This document shows positions 12,201-24,320 of a stretch of DNA of 64,000 bases, piece after piece. The stretch's first letter is position 1. Each line of letters starts with the position of its first letter. The translations under genes were made by a program, and so were the position numbers. Under the pieces are notes generated by a model, which saw nothing but the letters and a program-made list of their open reading frames with translations, had not been told where the DNA came from and made no database searches. The DNA is from Haliotis rufescens (Eukaryota). The DNA lies in NCBI RefSeq assembly GCF_023055435.1, contig NW_025963802.1, forward strand, positions 7,874,001-7,938,000. Reading direction: 5' to 3'.

Positions 12201-15200
12201 GCTCCTGATGTTATAAACGCAGTATTCTTAGAAATATTAACAATGATAATTATTGTTTGACAATTCCTTCGAATACCATACCTATAGTACATCATTTCCA
12301 GAATAACCAGTGGGACTTGTGGGTTTTGAAATCTAGTAATCCTGGGGCAGGTAACGACAAATCCTTATTTATAAAGGATCTAAAAATTATACCATAAATT
12401 CTGAAGCCACCATGAAGTATAGTCAGAACATATTCACTGAAAAGACCCAATACTTGATAATTCCTCGGAATTACCGTTATGTTGCCTTCATATGACGTCA
12501 TTTCCGGTTCACGTTTACCCTCCAAAGATTAGGCTGCCGGAACTTCTCGAAGGCAACTTTCAGTTACAGTGATCTTTCGCTTCATGCAACTGTGGCCTTT
12601 GTTATATCTTAGTATTGCAGGAGACGTTCTCTGGTGTCTTCTATGAGGCTCTGTTGCAGCCAGATACAATTTTTGTGCACATACAGGATAGGGAAGTCTG
12701 TCGCGGAGATACGCTGTTATACTTAGAGCAGGTATGGAGCTAGTACCGCGCAAATCTGACGCGTTGCTAAAGCTTGAAAAAGTGGGCTGGTGCAATTTTT
12801 GGACTGACGGATCGTGAGATTTGTGGAGATACTTTGTATTTCACCCCACTATGCTCCAAAATAGCACCAAGCTTCCCTGGTATACCCTTACAGTAAGTTG
12901 TGTGTCAGAAGAGTGTCCAGTCTATAAAGTCCACCATGTCCACTTATCAAAAGTACCAATAAATGTATGTGAGTTTACCTAAGTAGAACACAGAAGTGAC
13001 ATTCTCTCCACAAACTGATTTTGTTGTTTGTTGTTTAACGCCGCACTCAGCAATATTCCAGCCATATGACGGCGGTCTGTAAATAATGCAGTCTGGACCA
13101 GATAACGCAGTTGAGATACGATGACATGCATCAACCAAGCCTGACCACCCGATCCCGTAAGTCGCCTTTTACGACAAGCATAGTCGCCTTTTACGGCATG
13201 CATGAAGACCTATTCTACCCCGGATCTTCATGGGTCGACTAAACTGTACTAAATTGGAAATAAAGGATTCAAGTAAAGGTATATATGACGTTTACCACAA
13301 TGAACACTAATGGGTCAATTACTATCCTGCTAAAGGGGAGCCCATTGGTAAAGAAACGGAGTTCGATTCCCCAAATGGGTACAACATGTAAGCCCTATCG
13401 GTGTTCTGATTATCATAGAGACATGCACACCCTTTTTATTGTCGCTTTTTAAATGAAAAAAACAACAACTAATTGCATTCGACAGTTGTAGTGTCATACG
13501 ATGTGAGATGAGCAACCGCTATTTTAAACGATAGACAAAAGGGCATACAATTCCATTATATTAATTCCACATCAGTGATGGCTAGTTTGTGAGGGACTTG
13601 TGCTGGAAGCAGTGTACAACTACGCGCTAGTGCATTGCATTAGTATTTGAGGTTCTATGCTCCATGGTGTCTAAATCTAGACATTGTAAAAAAGGCGTCA
13701 TTGTCTGTGTAGCTTGTTAATAAATAATTGTGTTTCATAAAATGGGGTGTAAATGTTATGTTAAGAACATAATATTTGCTCATTCTGACAAATGTTTTCT
13801 CATAACATGTTCATTGGCGGTGGGGTAGCCCTGTGGTTAAATCGTTCGCGCGTCAGATCAAAAGTCGGGTTCGATTCCCCATATGGTTGCAACTCACTCA
13901 TAAAAAAAAGCCATGCCTGGTAACGGGAGACACAGAAACAACTCAATTAACAATATCAATATCGGGTGTGACCACAATTTTTGTAGACGTTGATTTTCAG
14001 CAATCCGTGGCATTACTTAAGTGTTATTTACGGCTAAACAATTTTTATTTTCATCAGCACCTCATAGCCAGACAGTCATTGTGCGCTGTTCACATTAAAA
14101 AATACACGTGAGTGAGTATCATGCCCCAAACTAACATGCAAACATACAGATTGTGAATCACGACCTTAAAGTCGAGGAGATTTCTTCATGAATACATACT
14201 GAAAGATACATTACTTATTTTTCAGAATGAATTAATTTTTATTGAACTTTATATGAAGCATGGATACTTTTTCCCGTTAGTGTAAATGTAATTAGGATAT
14301 GATTGATATACATGGTAAATGTGAAGACAAAGTTAGTTTGGGGGACTTGAACTAAACTTGGTGGGACTCAATTTAGTCGAGCCTTGAACCCATTAAAAGT
14401 TATCACTCTTACATGCTAATTGTTTGAACCAAGGGAAACGGGTGTTGCAAGGTATCATTGATTTTGAAACTGTACCTGTTTTACCTTAAGCTCGGCGATT
14501 GAACCTGTGACAAGCTCGACTTTCCTTGGATATACCTTCTTGACTGCAAGAGAGTTGAGTCGAGACCGGAAGTCCTGGTCACTCTCTGGATGTCGTATCT
14601 GTAAAGTAGACGGACAGATTGATTTAATCCCCAAAATCCTAAAAACATTGATAAAACATTTTATAGTTGCTATTAGAGAACGTTGATAAAAGTATTGTTG
14701 TTTTTGTTGTGCATAAAGCTACACTCAGCAAAATTCAAACGATGTGACGGCGGTCGCACCTGATTGTGTCTGGACCAGCCAAACAAGTGTTTGAAGCAAC
14801 GTTACTTACCCCCAAGTCAGAGTTTCTCCTCCTCCCGTGCCAATTAGATATTGCTGGTTGCCCTGGTTCAGCTGGCAAAATGAAATGTGTGTAATAGGAC
14901 ATTGGGAATGGACATGCTTTCTTGTCAAAACTGTGTCATCAGGGGTTTCACGTTTCTTCAGTACACTACTGTTCAAAACGAACATCCCCACGATCGGGAA
15001 CCAGTAGCCCTAATACATTTGCAGATACAAGCACCCCAAAGTGGCGCTATGTCTTTTTATAACACGCGTCCCTGACGCCAAGTGTTCGCGTCCCGGTAGC
15101 GTTTTGAAGATAGTGTAGAATTAAAACTGTTCGTACGGCAGTAGTTATTGCCGGTATTAATACCTATATGTGTCTATATTTAAGCCAAACTAACAGGACA

Positions 15201-18200
15201 ATCATTGACTTGTAGGTGATACTGGGAATCCTGATCGGTCACTTTAATCTAACATTCAAAGAGAGCAGTAAGAAGGTAACAAATAAACGATAAAAATGTC
15301 ATATTTCTATTAACTTTACACAACAGCAAGGCTATTGAACTTCATCAAGTCAACACTTACCAGATTCTAATGCCACAGTAGCGGGTTGGTAAATCAGGCA
15401 GTCATTCCGCTGTGCTACAGTAGAAACATACATACGCCCCTTCTCAGAGCGTAGAAACATAGCGGCTGCTCCATCGGTTAAGGCAAACCTTTTATGCAGT
15501 TCTGTCTTATCATGGCGAGGGAATTTCGACTTGCATTGTTCAATTCCTTCTTTGAGTCCACGTGGTGAAAGGTCACATGAGTCATCCTGATATGGCATTA
15601 GCATGGTTTCGGTTCCGTGATGAGCTCCAGGAAGCCGCCCGACTCCGGGAGATGCTGCCGATGTATCCTGAGACGCAGAGGCGGTTGTGAGGTCGTGCTC
15701 TCCCTCCTCTCGTACAGGTTCTACTAGGTCCCTCTGGGCTACAACAGACAGCAGACAAACATTGCCTTTCTCTGTGTCTCAGTTAATGGGAGCACGAATG
15801 AGTCCAATACTGTGTTGTTTCTTTGTTGAAGTAGTTGTATATACCAACTACAAACATGATGTGTATGTGTATGATGTGTCGGTAACGGTGAGTGAATGTT
15901 CTGTAACGTCACAGTCAGCAACATTTCAGCTAGATCACGACTACCTGTTTGAAAAAAAAGCCTGGACACGGAAAACCAGATACTGAAAATGTGAGCGCCG
16001 ACCCACGCAATCGGGGCACATCCGTAAACGTCACAGGGCCTGAATATATTTCGTCGCCTCTCGCGACCACCAAGGGGATCCAGCGGATTTATTCTAACCT
16101 GGGTCCCCATGGGGTGTATGTTGGTTACAAGTTGAACGTTTTAGAAAAGGTGATAATTTTCGCTCTACTTCAGTATTTGAGTTACAAATGTTACAACCAT
16201 AGCTTCCATTAGGGTAACATTCAGTCACCAATAGTTTAAAGTAACACGGCTTTGTGCCATGCACTCTACTGTACTTGATATGAGTGAAGTATGGGGACGA
16301 TGGCAATGATGTGTAACAATGGTGATGCTGATGATGTGTTGCAATGGTGGTGCTGATGATGGCGATGATGTGTTGCAATGGTGGTGCTGATGATGGCGAT
16401 GATGTGTTGCAATGGTGGTGCTGATGATGGCGATGATATGTTGCAATGGTGGTGCTGATGATGGCAATGATGTGTTGCAATTGTGATGCTGGTGATATGT
16501 TGTAATGGGGGCGCTGATGATGGCGGTGATATGTTGTAATGGTGATGCTGATGATGGCGATGATGTGTTGCAATGGTGGTGCTGATGATGGCGATGATGT
16601 GTTGCAATGGTGGTGCTGATGATGGCGATGATATGTTGCAATGGTGGTGCTGATGATGGCAATGATGTGTTGCAATTGTGATGCTGGTGATATGTTGTAA
16701 TGGTGGCGCTGATGATGGCGGTGATATGTTGTAATGGTGATGCTGATGATGGCGATGATGTGTTGCAATGGTGGTGCTGATGATGGCAATGATGTGTTGC
16801 AATGGTGATGCTGATGATGGCGATGATGTGTTGCAATGGTGGTGCTGATGATGGCAATGATGTGTTGCAATTGTGATGCTGATGATGGCGATGATGTGTT
16901 GCAATGGTGGTGCTGATGATGGCGATGATGTGTTGCAATGGTGATGCTGATGATGGCAATGATGTGTTGCAATGGTGATGCTGATGATGGCGATGATGTG
17001 TTGCAATGGTGATGCTGATGATGGCGATGATGTGTTGCAATGGTAATGCTGATGATGGCTATGATGTCTTGTAATGGTGATGCTGATGATGTGTTGCCAT
17101 GGTGATGCTGATGATGGCGATGATGTGTTGCAATGGTGATGCTGATGATGGCAATGATGTGTTGCAATGGTAATGCTGATGATGGCAATGATGTGTTGCA
17201 ATGGTGATGCTGATGATGGCGATGATGTGTTGCAATAGTGATGCTGATGATGGCGATGATGTGTTGCAATAGTGGTGCTGATGATGGCGATGATGTGTTG
17301 CAATGTTGGTGCTGATGATGGCGATGATGTGTTGCAATGGTGGTGCTGATGATGGCTATGATGTGTTGCAATGATGGCGCTGATGATGGCTATGATGTCT
17401 TGTAATGGTGATGCTGATGATGTGTTGCCATGGTGATGCTGATGATGGCGATGATGTGTTGCAATGGTGATGCTGATGATGGCAATGATGTGTTGCAATG
17501 GTAATGCTGATGATGGCAATGATGTGTTGCAATGGTGATGCTGATGATGGCGATGATGTGTTGCAATGTTGATGCTGATGATGGCAATGATGTGTTGCAA
17601 TGGTAATGCTGATGATGGCAATGATGTGTTGCAATGGTGATGCTGATGATGGCGATGATGTGTTGCAATGATGGCGCTGATGATGGCTATGATGTCTTGT
17701 AATGGTGATGCTGATGATGTGTTGCCATGGTGATGCTGATGATGTGTTGCAATGGTGATGCTGATGATGGCGATGATGTGTTGCAATGGTGATGCAGGTG
17801 ATGTGTTGCAATGGTGATGCTGGTGATGTGTTGCAATGGTGGTGCTGATGATGGCGATGAAGTGTTGCAATGGTAATGCTGATGATGGCGATGAAGTGTT
17901 GCAATGGTGATGCTGATGATGTGTTGCAATGGTGGTGCTAATGATGGCGATGATGTGTTGCAATGGTGGTGCTGATAATGGCGATGATGTGTTGCAATGG
18001 TGATGCTAATGATGGCGATGATGTGTTGCAATGGTGGTGCTGATGATGTGTTGAAATGGTGATGCTGATGTTGGCGATGATGGGTTGCAATGGTGATGCT
18101 GATAATGGCGATGATGGGTTGCTATGGTGATGCTGATGATGGCGATGATGTGTTGCAATGTTGGTGCTAATGATGGCGATGATGTGTTGCGATGCTGATG

Positions 18201-20224
18201 CTGATGATGTGTTGCAATGGTGATGCTGGTGATATGTTGCAATGGTGATGCTGATGATGGCGATGATATGTTGCAATGGTGATGCTGGTGATGTGTTGCA
18301 ATGGTGATGCTGATGATGGCGATGATGTGTTGCAGTGGTGATGCAGGTGATGTGTTGCAATGGTGGCGCTGATGATGGCGATGATGTGTTGCAATGGTGA
18401 TGCTGATGATGGCGATGATGTGTTGCAATGGTAGTGCTAATGATGGCGATTATGAGTTGCGATGCTGATGCTGATGCTGAATCAACACTATTGTATGCAA
18501 AGAAAAGTAAATATGGAAATTTATTTGTTTAACTACAACTTGAATGTTTTTGGTTTCGCGCATTACTTAACAGTATGTCAGCTCAGTGTGTTTGAATTAC
18601 CGGATGTGACGTAAGTTGTTTGAATTTACCAATGAGGTCACCACCGCACATGGGTATGATGTTCGCATCCTAAGGATCGTAACTGAGGCAAATATCGGAC
18701 TCTAACACAAGACCTGTGGATCCTGGTACCTTGAGAACGGGTCGCGGCCAACCCCGGCCCTATAAATATTCTCAGCAATAAAAGTTCCTCTGACACGAAA
18801 TAAAACAAGAACCTGATCAAAGAAGACGCACACATGTGAAAGAATTCATATTTCCAAACAGACAATGGACCAGGAAAACAAGTGTAGACATTTAATGACA
18901 CATGACTAGCATGGCGTAATGACAAGAGAAAGATGCAATTGAACACGTCAGTTGCGTGTTGCGTGTTGCGTGTTGCGTGTTGCGTGTTGCGTGTGGGCCC
19001 CCTCTAGCTTGGATGCATACAATGCATCTCCTTCGCATTGAACGGATCAAACGTCTCACACAGTTTTGATGGGTGGCATCCCATACCTCCACCAGCCTGT
19101 CTCTCAGGTCTTGTACTGTAGTCGGAGCACGTGATAAATGTCGGAGACGGCGTTCCTTTTATCCCACATGTGTTAAATGGGAGAAAGATCTGGAGAGCTA
19201 GTAGGCCATGGGACCACATTCACGTTGTTCTGTCCAAGTGCTTGTTGAACAATCCGGGCTACATGGGGTCGGGCGTTGTAATGCTGAAAAAACATGCCAG
19301 GTCCATGTTGATTCAAAAACGGCACAACGATAGGCTGGGTGACCTCGTCACGGTAACGCTGCCCGTTCTAAATTCCATTGATCACTTGCAAACGAGTTCT
19401 CTGTCTCTCGGTGATTCCTCCACCATAACACTGACTCACCCGAAACGGGTCTTCCTCCACAACACAGTTCTGAGCGTAGCGTGAACAAAGCCGTCGGTAA
19501 ACTCGTATTCGGCCATGCTGTGGGAGAGGTGAAATCGGTGAACAGAACCTGTCTCCACTGAATTGTCGTCATACGCACTCGCTGTCTACACCACTGCAGA
19601 CGCAATTGGTGGTGCTTGTTGGTCAGAATTGGGCGTCCGGATGGCCTCCTCGTAACAATCCCGTAACGTCTAGGATGGCGACGCACAGTCTGTGCCGATA
19701 TTCGACAAAGGCCAGGGATGGTTCTTGCAGGGATTGTTGCAGGCTGGAACTGATTTCGCTGATGGGTGGTTCGAATCCAACGATCTTGACGGACGCTCGT
19801 AACCGGGGACCTGTCGCTCCTTGGTCGGTCTCTGACAGTGTTTTTGCCGCCAGCCACTGCTGCCATTTCTTCCTGTTGGTGTTTCTGTGCACGTTCAATC
19901 GCCTAGCAACTTCACGCTGCGACGTTCCTGACTGGAGCATACCAAAGGCTCTCAAGCGGTCATTTTCAAAGCTTTCAAATAATGATTGAAATTTGATGTT
20001 TTCCGTGTTGCAGTTGTCAAGACAAGCAGAAACAATGCATACTGAATCCCTACAACACGCGAGCTTTTATGCCCTGCATGAAAGACACTTTTTGCCATCC
20101 AGATATTTTAGAAGCTGAACCATTTAATGTCACAATCTGTATATCACTCTGCGTCCTCGAATATTTATGTATATATAAACAAATAAACAGTGATTTTCTC
20201 TGTCTTTCTTTTTTGTTGTTGTTG

Positions 20225-20278
<54 letters not shown>

Positions 20279-21238
20279 AAAAAGCACAGTAAAGTCCTAA
20301 CTCTCAGGCACAATATAGTAGTAATTAAGTAAGTGGAGTAAGATTGAACACAGTTCAGTACGTGGTAAGGGTTGAAATCTTACTTCACTTATATAATTAT
20401 AACTATATATATAAGAATAGATATATGTATATATATTCTTTTATTACGGCTACTCTGCAACTATTTGCTACCGTAAGTTTGTTTTTAGCCCGATTCGTAT
20501 GATAAGAAGCTGACAATAACCGTCCAATAATACCACACACGTGAGCCTGAGAAATCCCATAATAAGTTGGTGATAAGAGAGATGGAGATGGTGACGTCAC
20601 TTCCGAAACGAAGCCTTGTGGGTTAATTGGTCCCTAACACATTCGTCACCACTCGCCCCTTTCAGTAACCTGCAAGAAGAACTTGTCACCCAATCGATGA
20701 ATGTTATGTGCGAAAATGCGACAAACCAATTAGAATGCGCATATGACTTCGGTCGAAGAATCCCTCGGGTATAATTTTTGTTATTACATATGTCTTGCAT
20801 TTAAAAACATACCCAAGTTCCAGTCAAATGTGTTCAATCAAACTGTATAATACTGTAAGTTCCGATGTGATTTTAATATCGTCTAGAATATACACAATAT
20901 ATGGGGAATATACATGTACCATTGCGGAACGATATGACAATTATTTTAGCAATGTCCGTTTGCGCTTAGACGGAACCTAGTCGAAAAAATGGCCACGAGA
21001 AGGGCACTATTCGACCTGTCCCGGAGTAACAAAGTTGGTCACGAATGATATATCATAGTGGAATAGAGTTATAATACAACGGATCCTCGAGGCTGATATA
21101 TGTTACATTACTGTTGAACGAAGATTGCCTACCTGTCGCCACGTTCTCACGGACAGGACACAGGGCTGTTTCTGGATGATCTGGTACGTGCAGGCCTGGT
21201 GACGTAGACGTTGCATGATGCCCATAACGAGTTGCCAT
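48..21238 (-). CDS. PARP14-like: Macro-WWE-PARP gene, left tandem copy, 5' part (11 exons: 21133-21238, 15361-15738, 14810-14871, 14485-14598, 10855-11061, 10066-10290, 9651-9732, 8759-8890, 7777-7842, 6647-6823, 48-215); continues left of the window
   Basis: All exons have GT-AG boundaries with compatible phases (1,1,0,0,0,0,1,1,1,1,1) and no stops. They encode two macrodomains (VELVTGSI..ADVIV..FPALGTG; FQLVEGDI..DLIVN..SLALPAL). Family-level call only; orthology not established. Confidence 0.85.
380..1800 (-). mobile_element. Tc1-family (DD34E) DNA transposon, decayed
   Basis: TIRs TA(C/T)TCAC.CGCAAAA.AAAC.CAAG, TA flanks; paired-like HTH, RSGRPR, FSDESRF, SPDLNPIEHLW; frameshifts and deletion. 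Confidence 0.93.
2840..3025 (+). mobile_element. tRNA-derived SINE-like fragment
   Basis: A-box-like GTGCCTGAGTGG and B-box GGTTCGAATCCC, followed by a non-tRNA body. Confidence 0.5.
3240..3400 (+). mobile_element. tRNA-derived SINE (second copy inverted at 24110-24320)
   Basis: GGTTCGAATCCCGG B-box; body shared with 24110-24320. Confidence 0.75.
3461..3581 (-). repeat. 71-bp tandem unit with hammerhead-like hairpin, probable Penelope-like element end
   Basis: 3461-3531 partly repeated at 3532-3581; minus strand CTTGACAAC-GGTATAG-GATCTATACC-GAAACGTC. Confidence 0.5.
4185..5720 (-). mobile_element. Tc1-family DNA transposon, full length, frameshifted
   Basis: 26-bp TIRs (..AACCGCAA.AGAAACGTCACC), TA TSD; RSGRPR, FQHDNAR, PDFNPIEHLW, GRHTRY. 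Confidence 0.93.
6647..6823 (-). CDS. PARP gene left copy: macrodomain 2 exon (…LAVTS…KAVLH…YTSLALPALDQ)
   Basis: Phase 1-1, donor GTAAGA. Confidence 0.85.
7213..7575 (-). mobile_element. SINE of the abundant GCTTGTCGTAAGAGGCGACTAA-core family (long 5' form)
   Basis: Homologous to 9191-9555, 13024-13235, 23246-23480, 39086-39345, 59752-59965; (AAAC)n tail. Confidence 0.8.
7777..7842 (-). CDS. PARP gene left copy: macrodomain 2 helix exon (GMLSKKLRKRFGKELEKQCKEE)
   Basis: 66-nt phase 1-1 exon matching the G.VS..I...AG..LE.EC pattern of macrodomains. Confidence 0.8.
8577..8712 (-). mobile_element. tRNA-derived SINE, (CACT)n-tail family
   Basis: Inverted, internally deleted copy of 10490-10656. 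Confidence 0.8.
8759..8890 (-). CDS. PARP gene left copy: start of macrodomain 2 (…FQLVEGDIMQQRVDLIVNGSNS…)
   Basis: GDI and DxIVN motifs; phase 1-1. Confidence 0.9.
9191..9555 (-). mobile_element. SINE, same family as 7213-7575
   Basis: Direct homology including the 5' extension. Confidence 0.8.
9651..9732 (-). CDS. PARP gene left copy: inter-macro linker exon (AFQEEHEKLYGK…)
   Basis: Phase 0-1 fits both neighbours. Confidence 0.75.
10066..10290 (-). CDS. PARP gene left copy: macrodomain 1 C-terminal exon (…SLLFPALGTGRLNY…)
   Basis: FPALGTG diphosphate-binding loop; acceptor TTTTTCAG, donor GTAATG. Confidence 0.9.
10490..10656 (+). mobile_element. Full-length tRNA-derived SINE with (CACT)n tail
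   Basis: A-box GTAGCCTAGTGG, B-box GGTTCGATTCC, TSD TCAGG(C/A)GGTCTG at 10478-10489 and 10657-10668. Confidence 0.9.
10855..11061 (-). CDS. PARP gene left copy: macrodomain 1 core exon (ADVIVSAGALSASILQEAG…GDLAITKGYKLQCAEIYH)
   Basis: Macrodomain motifs; phase 0-0; donor GTAAGT. Confidence 0.9.
11168..11317. other. Assembly gap (150 N)
   Basis: Run of N. Confidence 1.
13024..13235 (-). mobile_element. SINE (core family), deleted copy
   Basis: Homology to 7213-7473. Confidence 0.8.
14485..14598 (-). CDS. PARP gene left copy: start of macrodomain 1 (…KVELVTGSIAELK)
   Basis: Acceptor CTTTACAG, donor GTAAAA, phase 0-0. Confidence 0.8.
14810..14871 (-). CDS. PARP gene left copy: 62-nt linker exon (EPGQPAISNWHGRRRNSDLG)
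   Basis: Acceptor TTTTGCCAG, donor GTAAGT; phase 1-0 bridges its neighbours exactly. Confidence 0.7.
15361..15738 (-). CDS. PARP gene left copy: low-complexity N-terminal exon
   Basis: 378-nt open phase 1-1 exon, acceptor TTGTAG, donor GTAAGT. Confidence 0.75.
16298..18480. repeat. Intronic minisatellite, 34-bp unit GATGATGTGTTGCAATGGTGATGCTGATGATGGC with 25-bp variants
   Basis: Direct inspection; higher-order blocks recur at about 17058, 17389 and 17686. Confidence 0.97.
18951..18993. repeat. (GTTGCGT)n 7-mer microsatellite
   Basis: Direct inspection. Confidence 0.9.
18997..19990 (-). mobile_element. Tc1-family transposase relic
   Basis: SQREVARRL HTH, DRPRS, WRQVLFTD, SMRRRC..CIQARGG; many frameshifts; TIRs not resolved. 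Confidence 0.85.
20229..20276. repeat. (GT)n microsatellite
   Basis: Direct inspection. Confidence 0.95.
21133..21238 (-). CDS. PARP gene left copy: putative first coding exon (MATRYGHH...ENVAT)
   Basis: ATG at 21238, phase-1 donor GTAGGC at 21132 matches the next exon, and an acceptor lies at 21254-55. The frame stays open up to the acceptor, so an upstream coding exon cannot be excluded. Confidence 0.55.
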
Positions 21239-22782
21239 TGCAGTACGGTGTTCCTAAAGACACGCGTATTTTTCATTATGGCCTCGCTTTAGAAACGAAT
21301 ATGATTCAGCATTTAAGTCTTGTCTGACGATGGTGGAATCCATTTAGTGTGGGTTCGAACCCCAGGTTCGTACCGTCATGGTCCTACGTGTGTCGGCACC
21401 ATACCCATGCTGCGTGGGGATTCCAGGTTAGAATATCCCCCAGCTTACTGTGCTTGTAAGAGGCCACTTACTGGTGAATTGTTTTATACTGTGGCATCCT
21501 AATCCAGACTGGATTACTTACAGGCCGCCATAATGGCTTGAATGCTTTGCGGGTGTGACGTAAAACAACAAACAAACACAAATACTGGTATATGTCTAGT
21601 CTCATATTAAAACTGGCCGTCGTGACACGACTGAGGTATAAAGTGCGGTAAACTCCATGATCATGTACTGAACTGTTGACCGGACAGTGAAGTGGAGCCC
21701 ATGCGCGATCCACTGTCATCCACGGATCTGTGAATACTGTGTACTATCTGCACGAACTGATAACTCGCTGTGAAGTGTGGCAGTATATACAACATTGCTT
21801 CGAGTTGTTAATTACAGTTATAGATACACATACACATAGACACTTTCCGAATTTAATCTGTAAGGGACTGAAGAGGGGGGAATCTAGGGGACGTAGCTGT
21901 ATTTTGTATCGAAATTAGACATTTATTCAGCTACAGCTACAAAACCATACATTTAAAAAAAATTAAAACTATATATAAGAGAAGGCTTTTCTAAAGAAAG
22001 ACACCTTGCAACGATGTCATTTTTGTGACAAGCAATTTCTTTCTTTCAATAGCCTAAAGCATTATTATTTTTTCCAGTGTTTTCGGCGACAATTCATATT
22101 TTTCGATAACATCATCCTCGGCGTCAGAAAATAACACTTAATAGACAAAATGTGCACAATGCTTGTCATATTATTACACCCACCTCTTGAAATGGCGATA
22201 CTTTAACCAAGATGAATGAGTGGATGTGTGTCCTCTGTATCGGGAAGTTGTTGTGGCTTGTGGCCTCCCTGCATGCTTTATCTGATAAATCCGTTAATCA
22301 GTGAATACAAGGTTCAGCTCGGCTCTTTGCTATGTGCAGTGGGCTGCAGGAACGCAATGGTGTGGTTACAACATAGCGTACCGACACCAATAGTGGCGTA
22401 TATATGGAGGATTTTAATCAAGTAAAGCAGGACTTGATACAATTAACGGCCATCTTGATGAAATGCCGATCATGTTGGATTTCTTGTTGCTAACCATTTG
22501 TCACAAATTAACCAAAGCATGCACATTTATGTGCTTTTTGTATGACGTATCATCATTTGAACGACGTATCTGCCCTACTACTTGCCTCTGAACTATATGC
22601 TTGCATCATAGTTGTAAGATTGAGATAGTTGTAAAGTTTTCACATTTTATTGTCAAAAGACAAATGGATCAGCTACAAGTTGTGAAACGTACGTATTCTT
22701 ATATAATGAAACAGAGGTGAGGGTAAATGAGTTTTAACGTCGCGTCCAAGATTATTGCATTTATATAGCCACGTGCATGCAC

Positions 22783-23105
22783 GCGCGCGCGTGCGTGCGT
22801 GCGTGCGTGCGTGCGTGCTCGCGTGCGTGCGTGTGTGTGTGTGTGCTTGTCTACTAGTCCGGACTAATTTTATAGTGCTTGCCCACTGAGATACCATGCC
22901 GCAGTTTGACATGAATACCCACACTCAGACACAGTATACTGACTCCGGGCCAACCAGTCCTTGTTTAGCCTCTTAATGCCGAGCGCCAGACAGGGTAACC
23001 ATAAGTATCATATTTTAACGTATTTTGGTATGACGCGGCCGGGGATCGAACCCTGGACCTTCCCCTCTCCGGTCGGACGCTCTACCACTAGACATTGGAG
23101 GCGGT
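22783..23105 (-). mobile_element. tRNA-derived SINE with (GCAC/CA)n tail
   Basis: Minus strand GTCTAGTGGTAGAGCG…GGTTCGATCCCCGG head; microsatellite tail at 22783-22845. Confidence 0.75.
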
Positions 23106-23245
23106 CTTGATAAAACATGAAGAAAACTTAATAAATGCATGATAATGTATACAAAGAGGGCATCAAAGTTTAGATTATGCATCAAAATGACAATATATAC
23201 TCAGCCTCATTATGAAAGGGTCACCTTGGTATGTAGGGTGTCGAA

Positions 23246-23480
23246 CCGTGAAGATCCGGGGTAGAATAGGTCTTCAGCAACCCATGCTTGTCGTAAGAGG
23301 CGACTAACGGGATCGGGTGGTCAGGCTCGCTGACATGGTTGATTCATGTAATCGTATCCAAATATAGCGTGGATCGATGCTCATGGTGTCAGTCACTGGA
23401 TTGACTGGTCCACACTCGAATATTTACAGGCCGTCATATAGCTGGAATATTGCTGAGTGCGGCGTTAAACAACACCACCA
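23246..23480 (+). mobile_element. SINE (core family)
   Basis: CCGTGAAGATCCGGGGTAGAATAGG…GTCGTAAGAGGCGACTAACGGG…GGCGTTAAACAAC. Confidence 0.85.
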
Positions 23481-24109
23481 AATTTAGGGTGTCAAACATG
23501 AACATATGCCAACAAGAGGCAATAGGTCTGAGTATGTAGACAATGTGATTAACAATTGAAGGAAAATGTTGCCTATGTCACACTGATTGGGTAGCTTTTA
23601 TGAAAATGGAAAATGGACGACTTTTAGATACGGTGAAAAAGTGCAAAATTAATTGATGTTGATGGAAGAAAGCTCCAAAACCATCCGCCTAGACGCAACG
23701 AATGGTTTAACCCATGCACGTGCAATACATGCAAGTTAGTCAATGTGGGTATATAATGATTCATTCTAGGTGCAACTCTTGGAAGTTAATAAATGCATTT
23801 CCCCTTAAAATTATATGTATGCAAGTAGTGTCTGTTGAGTTTTTGAAATATATTGATTGTGTCCGGTCTAGTGCACAGATAACACACACATGTCGTAGTG
23901 TAATGAGGATTATTTCAACGGAAGTCAGAACAAACGCCCTGAAACATAAACTTCAAAAAAAATATACACGTCATAACACATCATATTATAGTAATAGTGA
24001 TATTGCTGGAATAGTGCTAAGAGGGGTCCAAAACCATATTTACTCACTCGCGTGTTTTCATTAGAGTGGGTGAGTTGGCTTAAACGCCGCTTTTAAGTGT
24101 CGTAGCTTA

Positions 24110-24320
24110 ATGTGGGTGGAAAGCCCGAAGTGATGCAGGTCTCGGACGTTTACCACTTCGGTGAAACCCACGACCACGGGTATGGTGCTGACAAACCTAG
24201 AAACATAATCGGGACGAACCGGGATTCGAACTCATAATCATAGGTTTCTAGCGTGCCCAAGGGACGCAGCTCTGCACAGCGAATCGCGGCGCCTTACACG
24301 ACTGAGCCATCCGTGCCCCC
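24110..24320 (-). mobile_element. tRNA-derived SINE, family of 3240-3400
   Basis: Inverted homology. Confidence 0.75.

Noticed and set aside
16094-18428. His-rich ORFs up to 565 aa
   Set aside because: Translations of a 34-bp satellite open in all three frames; no support for a protein.
16298-18480. CRISPR-like array
   Set aside because: Units are contiguous with no unique spacers; eukaryotic context with no cas genes.
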